A DNA stretch of 28,494 bases from a virus (lineage: Duplodnaviria > Caudoviricetes). Every line of letters starts with the position of its first letter. Position 1 is the first letter of the stretch. Location: positions 1 to 28,494 of IMG/VR virus record IMGVR_UViG_3300025372_000032; one strand, written 5' to 3'. This document shows positions 1 through 6,588 of the stretch, piece after piece. Made by a program: the position numbers and the translations under genes. Below the pieces are notes generated by a model. It was not told where the DNA came from, did not search any database, and worked only from the letters and a program-made list of their open reading frames with translations.

Positions 1-40
1 GGTTTTACCTGCTTGTCAAATATTATTTTGCCAAAATGAA

Positions 41-586
41 TCATTTATTTTGACCGTAGATTGTACCATCTTTATTGATATAACCTTCGAGCAAGCCTGT
101 ATCTTGCCATCGTTTACCAGATTCTTGCATATTGAGAGTAGGATGTTTTTGTTCAATTTCAAAATACTCGTCGTTAAATGCTTTTTCAATTGTATGAAAA
201 TCCACAGGTAAACTTTTTGTTATAGTTCCTGTCATCGTGGGAATTTCTACATCAACCATAGGAGCCCAAACGGCATAAATCTCTACTTTCTTACCAGCAT
301 TAATAGATTTGGTAAAGAAATTCCAAGTACAATATGATCGTTCACTATTGCCTTTTGCCCATCCGTTCAAGTACCAACCAATAGTACCTTGTATACCGCC
401 AGCATCTTGACTGCCACCAATTTTTTCAATTACTCCATCAACAACAACTGCGTATACTCGCCCACGTTTGTCTTTTAGTTGAGAAGTGGACATATTGGCA
501 TCTGGAACGAATGCCAATTTCTTTGTATCGGTTTGGGTTTTAATTTCGCCAACTCGAACCATTTGTGTGATGTGATTGATATCCAT
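41..586 (-). CDS. GIY-YIG superfamily nuclease (R.Hpy188I / T4 endonuclease II-like single domain)
   Basis: GRVYAVVVDGVIEKIGGS resembles the LVY...KIG variant motif of R.Hpy188I as I recall it; KKVEIYA strand; downstream E helix (TIEKAF) and P-x-x-N (HPTLN); AGGAG RBS upstream. Confidence 0.6.
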   Translation of the reverse strand: MDINHITQMVRVGEIKTQTDTKKLAFVPDANMSTSQLKDKRGRVYAVVVDGVIEKIGGSQDAGGIQGTIGWYLNGWAKGNSERSYCTWNFFTKSINAGKKVEIYAVWAPMVDVEIPTMTGTITKSLPVDFHTIEKAFNDEYFEIEQKHPTLNMQESGKRWQDTGLLEGYINKDGTIYGQNK

Positions 587-610
587 AAGTGCTCCTGTCT
601 ATATGTATAT

Positions 611-639
611 ATTATAAATGAAAAAACCAGGCATGTCAA
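611..639 (-). promoter_or_regulatory. sigma70 consensus promoter for the 41..586 nuclease gene
   Basis: TTGACA (639-634), 17-nt spacer, TATAAT (616-611). Confidence 0.8.
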
Positions 640-648
640 CCTGGTTTT
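621..648 (-). terminator. Intrinsic terminator after the AAA ATPase
   Basis: AAAACCAGG/CCTGGTTTT inverted repeat ending in a T-tract on the minus strand; the loop contains the -35 box of the next promoter. Confidence 0.7.
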
Positions 649-670
649 ATCAGTCATTTTACCAAATTAC

Positions 671-1762
671 TCAAAAAGCATCGAAGTAAGAGTAAGACTG
701 CTCTTTGACCTTGCTCAAAACAAGTTGGATACCTTCCGAATTGGCAAAAACAAATTTACCATTTTGGCTATCAATTTTCTTGATATCGCTAGGGTTAAAT
801 TTGATTGAATTCCAGTTCCAATCGATGTCACCGTCCTCGTCTGGTTCGTCGTCATACTTTTTAACATGAAGATGAACTTGACCCTGTAGAGGATTACCTC
901 TCCATTCAATAGTCTCCATGTCAGTCGCCTTGACTTCCTCACCATCCTTAATGACCTTCATAGTGAACTTGTTACCAGAATCGAATTCTGGTTTGACATT
1001 CAACATACGCAGAGCTTCTTCGGGCGGCTCGTCGTAACGGTTCATTTCTTCAACCGTTGCTTTCAACATGTCAAAGTTAAACTGAGCAAACAAGCTGGCA
1101 ATCTGGCACAGCTTCTCAGCATACTTCAACAAAGTTGGCTTCAAATTGTCGTTGCAGTACTCCATGATGAAGTTAGCATCAAGACCTTTGTAATCGATCA
1201 TGTAGAACAAGCGACCAGGACGGTTACGCATGTGTTGGTCAATACGCCACTTGTCATTACAGGTCAAGACAAACAATTTCTTGCTAGGGAATACACCGTC
1301 AAGCAAAGTAAGAGCTTGTTCTTGTTCTTCTGAAGAATAAACTTTTTCAAATTCATCAAACAAGACCATACATGGTTGTTCAATCATTTGCATGAACGCA
1401 TTGAACTTGTCACCAACCCAAGGTGCGTTAATAACAATGCAAGGAACACCTAACCGCTTGGCACCTTCGATAGCCAAATTCTTAGCCAGCAATGACTTTC
1501 CAGAACCTTTTTCACCAGCAAGCATAACGCCTGTTGATGCAGTACGGTCCATAAATGTATTCAAGATACGATCAGTGTTTTTATCAAGGTCGCCATAACG
1601 CTTGCCTTTGATTTCAAACGAATCGATGTGTTCAAGATACAATGGACCATCCATTGGCATTTCTTTAACTACATAATTGCCTGCGGGCAACTTCTCGTGA
1701 AGATCCATAGCTTCTTTGGTTGAAACTCGGAATGTATTGCCTGACTTCAAAAAATATGACAT
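671..1762 (-). CDS. AAA+ family ATPase
   Basis: Walker A GEKGSGKS, Walker B VLFDE, sensor-1 LTCN, arginine finger RPGR. Confidence 0.9.
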   Translation of the reverse strand: MSYFLKSGNTFRVSTKEAMDLHEKLPAGNYVVKEMPMDGPLYLEHIDSFEIKGKRYGDLDKNTDRILNTFMDRTASTGVMLAGEKGSGKSLLAKNLAIEGAKRLGVPCIVINAPWVGDKFNAFMQMIEQPCMVLFDEFEKVYSSEEQEQALTLLDGVFPSKKLFVLTCNDKWRIDQHMRNRPGRLFYMIDYKGLDANFIMEYCNDNLKPTLLKYAEKLCQIASLFAQFNFDMLKATVEEMNRYDEPPEEALRMLNVKPEFDSGNKFTMKVIKDGEEVKATDMETIEWRGNPLQGQVHLHVKKYDDEPDEDGDIDWNWNSIKFNPSDIKKIDSQNGKFVFANSEGIQLVLSKVKEQSYSYFDAF

Positions 1763-1792
1763 TTGATGCTTTTCAAAAAGTTGATTTAAGAT

Positions 1793-1867
1793 TGGTGCGC
1801 TAGGCGGGAATCGAACCCGCGGCTCAGAGGTTTAGAATCTCCTGCTATACCATTTAGCTACTAGCGC
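1793..1867 (-). tRNA. tRNA with CUA anticodon (amber suppressor type), Arg-like body
   Basis: Cloverleaf GCGCTAG/TA/GCTA-AATGGTA-TAGC/A/GGAGA-TTCTAAA-CCTCT/GAGCC/GCGGG-TTCGATT-CCCGC/CTAGCGC/A/CCA; anticodon CTA at 1835-1833; A31-C39 mismatch; CCA encoded. Confidence 0.8.
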
Positions 1868-1875
1868 ATGTGTTT

Positions 1876-1904
1876 ATTATAGCAAATAAAAAAGGGCCTG
1901 TCAA
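1876..1904 (-). promoter_or_regulatory. sigma70 consensus promoter (extended -10) for the tRNA and AAA ATPase
   Basis: TTGACA (1904-1899), 17 nt, TATAAT (1881-1876) preceded by TGn. Confidence 0.85.
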
Positions 1905-1912
1905 GGCCCTTT
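1888..1912 (-). terminator. Intrinsic terminator after the porin gene
   Basis: AAAGGGCC-TTGACA-GGCCCTTTTTT on the minus strand. Confidence 0.75.
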
Positions 1913-1930
1913 GGTTAAGTAGTTTCTATT

Positions 1931-2947
1931 TTAGAAACGTACACGGATGCCTGCACCTAATGTTTGGCCTTGGCTTAGACCAGAAACATTAGTACGTCCA
2001 ACCGTAGCGTAAACATCTGTTTTCTTGCTTAGGTTGTAGTCGTAACCAACTGCATATTCATTGTATGCTGTGATTGTGCCGTTGTCGTAACGTGTGTGAG
2101 CGTACTCAGCCATTACATTACCTGGACCTGCTGGAACCGATGTAGAGACTTGTGTAGTCTTGCCGTCCATATTCAAGTGCTTGTCGCGACCTTCTTGGTA
2201 AGTTGCGAATACTTTAGCAACTTGCAAGTCATAGCTGGCACCAACACCTTTTTCTACAGAGTGGCTGGCCGCATTACCTGTGTAAATATCATTCTGGAAA
2301 CTACCAGAGCTGTTTACTTCAGTTTTTTGCCAGTATGCTGTTAGACCTAGGTTGCCTTTGAAGTACAACACATTAGCGCCGCTGTTGTTACCTGCAAGGC
2401 TTTTTGCATTTTGCAATGTAACCTTTGCACCACCTAGACTTGGTGTTGTGTAAGCAATGCTATTGTCCCATGCTGTATCGTTATACAATTGGGTAGATGG
2501 GTTACCAGTGTTACCAAAGTAAGTGGCGTGCCATAGAGGACCATATGCACCGGAATCACCGTATGCGTTAAATAGGATGGTTGGTAAGAAACTTGGGTTA
2601 GATTGACGACCCAATGTAACGGTACCTAGTTTGTCGTTGCTTAGACCGACAAATGCTGAACGTGCAAATGTGTTAGCAGTAGTGCCGCCTAATGTAGCAC
2701 CATTACCAGCGTTTAAGAAACTGGATAACTCATAAACTGCTTTAGAGCCATTGCCTAAATCTTCAGTGCCTTTAAAACCAATGTAGCTGGTTGTCATACC
2801 GCCGCTGGCAAAATTAGTAGTTGCTGAGGCTGCGCCTGGAGCTTTGGTACTATTATATCCGGCATCCATTGTGCCAAATACACTAGCGTCCGCTTGTGCT
2901 AAACCAACTGATGCTAGTAGAGCGATTGAAAGTAAGAACTTCTTCAT
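1931..2947 (-). CDS. Gram-negative trimeric porin (Porin_4 / Burkholderiales-type)
   Basis: Signal peptide MKKFLLSIALLASVGLAQA; SVFGTMDAG; GFKGTEDLGNG; RSAFVGLS...GTVTLGRQ; GYDYNLSKKT; C-terminal GIRVRF ending in Phe. Confidence 0.92.
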   Translation of the reverse strand: MKKFLLSIALLASVGLAQADASVFGTMDAGYNSTKAPGAASATTNFASGGMTTSYIGFKGTEDLGNGSKAVYELSSFLNAGNGATLGGTTANTFARSAFVGLSNDKLGTVTLGRQSNPSFLPTILFNAYGDSGAYGPLWHATYFGNTGNPSTQLYNDTAWDNSIAYTTPSLGGAKVTLQNAKSLAGNNSGANVLYFKGNLGLTAYWQKTEVNSSGSFQNDIYTGNAASHSVEKGVGASYDLQVAKVFATYQEGRDKHLNMDGKTTQVSTSVPAGPGNVMAEYAHTRYDNGTITAYNEYAVGYDYNLSKKTDVYATVGRTNVSGLSQGQTLGAGIRVRF

Positions 2948-2994
2948 GTAAAATATTTCCTTTAGATTATAAATGACTACAAGGTCATAGTATT

Positions 2995-3024
2995 ATTATA
3001 TATGCCTAAACACAATATAGTCAA
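2995..3024 (-). promoter_or_regulatory. Probable sigma70 promoter for the porin
   Basis: TTGACT (3024-3019), 18 nt, TATAAT (3000-2995). Confidence 0.55.
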
Positions 3025-3051
3025 CAAAAACTGGACATTTTTGCCTAGTTT

Positions 3052-3783
3052 TTACCATTTAACGTCGATGATTGGTCGTTTTTTACGTTCCAACCATGGT
3101 TTAACCGGCCAAGTCTTAGCATAAGGTTGAATGGCTGTCTTTAGTATATCGATCAACACTATGGTTCTAGGTTTCGTACCTGTATGCTTGGTTCCATGCA
3201 ACACCATGCTATCGTCAAAGCCAAATAGCTCACCGTTTACCCATTCGTGTTTCTCCCCTTCTATGTCAAACAAACAACCAGGAGCATCATCTAACACAAG
3301 GTGTAGGCGTAGATAATTATAATCTAGCCCCCAATGGTGATTTAGCAAACTATTTGGTAAACATATATTATATTGTACTGATCCGATAATGTCAAAATTT
3401 TCCATTAGCCAATTTCCAATAGTTGGCATTTTTGCAATCCTATCTTCGCGAAGGCAATATGTAGGACCGCCCTTACGGAAATTAGGCCATGGCGGGATCA
3501 ACACTCCATTTTCATTTGGAAATCCAAGTGTTGCTGCCTCTCTATCATCTAACAAAGAATCTCGTATGAACGTAGGCATACATTTGAATATTCCTTCATA
3601 TACAACATCGTCTTTTTGTTGAAGGTTTGTTATGTGATTTGCTTTTTTCCCAGGGCTTTCAGGGTCTGAAAGATCTTTGATATGTGTAGGTAACCAAGCA
3701 TTAAATTCATCTCTAATTTTTTCCCAATTATTTGTTAATGGATCTAAAATAGGATTTGGATTGAAGTAAATGTATTGACTCAT
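3052..3783 (-). CDS. Aspartyl/asparaginyl beta-hydroxylase family (AspH/LpxO-like) 2OG-Fe(II) oxygenase
   Basis: PNSLLNHHWG...YLRLHL...EKHEWVNGELFGFDDSMVLHGTKHTGTKPRTIVLIDI matches the family pattern H-x-G...LRxH...W...FDDS...H...R. Confidence 0.8.
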   Translation of the reverse strand: MSQYIYFNPNPILDPLTNNWEKIRDEFNAWLPTHIKDLSDPESPGKKANHITNLQQKDDVVYEGIFKCMPTFIRDSLLDDREAATLGFPNENGVLIPPWPNFRKGGPTYCLREDRIAKMPTIGNWLMENFDIIGSVQYNICLPNSLLNHHWGLDYNYLRLHLVLDDAPGCLFDIEGEKHEWVNGELFGFDDSMVLHGTKHTGTKPRTIVLIDILKTAIQPYAKTWPVKPWLERKKRPIIDVKW

Positions 3784-3791
3784 GCTAATAT

Positions 3792-4499
3792 TTATTTTCT
3801 TATATCTGCCAATTTTAAAAATTTAAACAACTTAAACCACATCCAGCCTATGTCAAACTCCCAAGGCTTTCTGCTAAGTTTCGGATTGGCCGGATCAAGG
3901 TGATGATTGTTATGCAACTCTTCGCCGCCGACGATAATACCCCAAGGACTGATGTTATGGCTAGAATCTTTAGTTTCGCCGTTTCGATAACCTGCCCAGT
4001 GTGCGATTCCATTGATAACGCCTGCGGCCCAAAATGGAATCCATAGCATTTGAATACCCCAAACAACGAATCCAATAGGACCAAATATCAACATGTTGAT
4101 GATCAACATAAGTCCAATACCATAAGCGTTATATGGAGTATAGATATTTCGCTCAATCCAATCGTCGGGTGTGCCTACTCCGTATTGCTTAATCATTTCT
4201 TTTTCTTCACTGGCATTATGATATAGGAATGCACCAAAGAACAACACGGTGCATACACCAAACATGTGAGGACTATGAGGATCACCTTGTTGGTCGCTGT
4301 ATCTGTGATGTTTTCGATGTATTGCAACCCATTCTTTTGTAACCATACCTGTTGTTAGCCATAGCCAAAAACGCATAAAATGGCTTAGGATAGGATGGAA
4401 TGTAATTGCTTTGTGCGCTTGACTTCTGTGTAAGAACAGAGTAACGCAAATGATAGTAATATGTGTAACTATCAATGTGTATAATAATATCTCGATCAT
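3792..4499 (-). CDS. Membrane fatty acid desaturase (delta-9, DesA/OLE1-like)
   Basis: Three His boxes HRSQAH, HRKHH, HNNHH; GDPHSP; hydrophobic segments; EFDIGW. Confidence 0.93.
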   Translation of the reverse strand: MIEILLYTLIVTHITIICVTLFLHRSQAHKAITFHPILSHFMRFWLWLTTGMVTKEWVAIHRKHHRYSDQQGDPHSPHMFGVCTVLFFGAFLYHNASEEKEMIKQYGVGTPDDWIERNIYTPYNAYGIGLMLIINMLIFGPIGFVVWGIQMLWIPFWAAGVINGIAHWAGYRNGETKDSSHNISPWGIIVGGEELHNNHHLDPANPKLSRKPWEFDIGWMWFKLFKFLKLADIRK

Positions 4500-4512
4500 A
4501 TATTACTTATGC

Positions 4513-4539
4513 AAGAAAAGGTCTTTGGGACCTTTTCTT
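4513..4539 (-). terminator. Intrinsic terminator, possibly bidirectional
   Basis: Perfect 11-bp inverted repeat AAGAAAAGGTC/GACCTTTTCTT. Confidence 0.75.
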
Positions 4540-4840
4540 ATGCACTGGCACCATGTATTTCATGGTATTTTGCCATTGCTAGTTGTCTAGCTTTAGCTAA
4601 TCTCTCTAATACATAATCAGATAATTCTTCTTCATGTACTAGTTTTCCAAAGTCTTTAGCTTTTCGGTTACGCCCTAATACTAGATCGTCATCTAGTATT
4701 AGAGTGTCGTTCGAATTACTTGGAAGCCGCTGGGCTAGCTGGCTTAACTTCAGCCTTAGTAGCTTCTTTCTTTTCGCTTTTGTTAGGCTTAACGTCTGCC
4801 TTGTGAGGAGCAGGAGTTGCGGTGACTGCTGGTGCAGACT
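4538..4840 (-). CDS. Putative hidden ORF with no upstream ATG/GTG/TTG start, overlapping 4716..4922 in the +1 frame
   Basis: Open frame of 100 codons ending ...LPSNSNDTLILDDDLVLGRNRKAKDFGKLVHEEELSDYVLERLAKARQLAMAKYHEIHGASA*; stop abuts the terminator; true start unknown. Confidence 0.45.
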   Translation of the reverse strand, partial: SLHQQSPQLLLLTRQTLSLTKAKRKKLLRLKLSQLAQRLPSNSNDTLILDDDLVLGRNRKAKDFGKLVHEEELSDYVLERLAKARQLAMAKYHEIHGASA

Positions 4841-4922
4841 TTACTTCTTCTTTTTTAGCAGGTTCTGCGGCAAAGGCAGTTACGGCGACAAGGGTAGCGA
4901 TCAAAGTTGCAATAGTTTTCAT
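4716..4922 (-). CDS. Small secreted Ala/Lys/Pro-rich protein (composition like acid-shock protein Asr)
   Basis: Signal peptide MKTIATLIATLVAVTAFA/AE; low-complexity mature region; AAGGA RBS. Confidence 0.75.
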   Translation of the reverse strand: MKTIATLIATLVAVTAFAAEPAKKEEVKSAPAVTATPAPHKADVKPNKSEKKEATKAEVKPASPAASK

Positions 4923-4968
4923 TTCAAAGTTTCCTTTTGGTTAGTACACAACATTATTGCTGTGTATA

Positions 4969-5003
4969 TATATAACGCGGTAGCTCTGAACTTAGTTGAC
5001 AAG
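4969..5003 (-). promoter_or_regulatory. Putative ECF-sigma-type promoter, copy 1
   Basis: CTTGTCAAC-N16-GCGTTATATA; same motif and spacing at 14600..14634. Confidence 0.5.
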
Positions 5004-5017
5004 ATTTGGAGAAATAA

Positions 5018-5566
5018 TCACGCATTGGGATTAAATGTAAGAATATTCGGAGTCATTCGTAAACTCATCAACACTCTTGGCAAATTACTATCATTCCTTA
5101 CATCGTGTGGAATGTGAACATATACCAAAGTTGGTTCTTTAATACAATACGATTCTAACAGAACAGGTTTAGCGTTCCATGTAAGTTTTTCAGAAATGTA
5201 TCCCCCGGGTCTGTGGTATGTTTCCTGCGTGTAGTCTCCGGTATACCATAACATTTCAGAATTTTCAACATTGCAAATTGGAATGTTTAATGCCCAATTT
5301 CCTTCTGTTGGCCAACGTGGATCATTGTAGTCAACGTGTATTCCCCTGCTTTTTCCGGGAGCCACGAAAAAGTTGATACAGGACTGAATCTTATGATCCT
5401 TTCCAGAAAATGCTTTTAATGAAGGATTTACTATTGACTCTATCCATTCCCAATCTTCTTTTGGAACTAACTTTGAGTGTAGTGTAAATCCGTCTTGTAC
5501 CCAACTTGAATATTTTAAGGCAATCTGTTCCCAGCCTTCAATTTTAATAGGTTTGCTATATTTCAT
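5018..5566 (-). CDS. Cupin / 2OG-Fe(II) oxygenase-like protein
   Basis: GIHVD...ALNIPI...PHDV...R...S.R (HxD...H triad). Confidence 0.65.
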   Translation of the reverse strand: MKYSKPIKIEGWEQIALKYSSWVQDGFTLHSKLVPKEDWEWIESIVNPSLKAFSGKDHKIQSCINFFVAPGKSRGIHVDYNDPRWPTEGNWALNIPICNVENSEMLWYTGDYTQETYHRPGGYISEKLTWNAKPVLLESYCIKEPTLVYVHIPHDVRNDSNLPRVLMSLRMTPNILTFNPNA

Positions 5567-5569
5567 GAA

Positions 5570-6223
5570 TTATTTAATCTCTTTAGGTTGTCTAACAAAA
5601 GGTTTTGCTAATAGCTCATCTCTTAGAACGTAAGGCTTGCCCGGTTCTAATCCCAAATAACTGCGTTTAATATCTATTAGAAAAATCAATCGCCTGTTTG
5701 GTGTATGGTTGTGAGCACTATGTACCTTTTGATTATTAAATCCAAAAGGTTTATCCCATGTAACTTCTTCTCCGTTGACTTCTAAGAAAATATCCCCTGG
5801 CGGAACAATTAGGGGCAGATGTATTCTTAGGTATTCGCCAGTACGGTTCTCAATACCGGTGTGCCTAAGTATAGACGAGTTAGGTTCGAGTATGCTGTAT
5901 AAAACGATTCCTAAATTATCCCCAAATTCTTCTATAATTTTAGCGGCAGTAGGGAAATTATCTCCAAAATCTTTATAACGTTCTAGTGTTTTTCCGTCTG
6001 GTGTATATCTGTACAACAAGGGTTGGCTTTTCCAAGCATTTTTTTTACTTTTGAGATAATCAAAATTTCTACCACCGGGTCTAACATCAATTACCTTAGA
6101 CATGCTTTCTTGATCGAAATCTGTATGATACGCTAAGAAGTCTTTAATCAAGTTATCTTTGAATGTCATCAAATACTCAGTTATTGGTAATTCTTCAGCT
6201 GTATAGATATTCTTTTCAGTCAT
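5570..6223 (-). CDS. Aspartyl/asparaginyl beta-hydroxylase family oxygenase
   Basis: YSILEPNSSILRHTG...YLRIHLPLIVP...W...HSAHNHTPNRRLIFLIDI; close paralogue of 18805..19512. Confidence 0.85.
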   Translation of the reverse strand: MTEKNIYTAEELPITEYLMTFKDNLIKDFLAYHTDFDQESMSKVIDVRPGGRNFDYLKSKKNAWKSQPLLYRYTPDGKTLERYKDFGDNFPTAAKIIEEFGDNLGIVLYSILEPNSSILRHTGIENRTGEYLRIHLPLIVPPGDIFLEVNGEEVTWDKPFGFNNQKVHSAHNHTPNRRLIFLIDIKRSYLGLEPGKPYVLRDELLAKPFVRQPKEIK

Positions 6224-6253
6224 GAAAATATTTATTTTTAGGTAACGGTGGTC

Positions 6254-6277
6254 AAAAAGAAACCCGCCGAAGCGGGT
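6254..6277 (-). terminator. Intrinsic terminator after tmRNA
   Basis: ACCCGC-TTCG-GCGGGT-TTCTTTTT. Confidence 0.9.
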
Positions 6278-6281
6278 CCTT

Positions 6282-6555
6282 GTTATTTTCTGTTACAAGG
6301 CATAACTGCCTCGCTATTAGGCGTTTGCGGCTAATAGGAATGTATCGTCGTTTGCGATTACTTTTTTTGCTTCTACGACCGGGTTACCCCAATCCTAACG
6401 GGTTCTGCTTTCCCGAGCTGTCCACTTCAATACTCTTTGCCCTGTCGAAACCATTTTCATCCCCACCTAAATATACCTCAATACACTTAGGTGGAGATGG
6501 CGAGATTCGAACTCGCGTCCAGAACACTTTTCTCTTTGCTTCATACAGCAATAAC
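6282..6555 (-). ncRNA. ssrA: Circularly permuted (two-piece) tmRNA, tag ANDDTFLLAANA
   Basis: Order on minus strand: T-arm GCGAG-TTCGAAT-CTCGC and acceptor 3' strand CATCTCC-A-CC (to ~6490); intervening hairpin; GGGGATG...GGTTTCGAC 5' end at 6464 giving G3-U70; tag frame 6355-6320 then TAA TAG; outer ends approximate. Confidence 0.92.
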
Positions 6556-6559
6556 TTCA

Positions 6560-6588
6560 ATTGTACAATATTTATCGTACAATGTCAA
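6560..6588 (-). promoter_or_regulatory. sigma70 promoter for tmRNA, with a TAAATA inside the spacer
   Basis: TTGACA (6588-6583), 17 nt, TACAAT (6565-6560); predicted +1 near 6554. Confidence 0.75.

Noticed and set aside
1793-1867. Calling the tRNA an ordinary tRNA-Arg(UCU)
   Set aside because: Centring TCT breaks the anticodon stem and the spacing to the D and T arms, and A20 is absent; CTA fits better, though Arg ancestry is plausible
6490-6525. tRNA-like T-arm and acceptor half read as a tRNA or attachment-site fragment
   Set aside because: Fully explained as the acceptor piece of the permuted tmRNA
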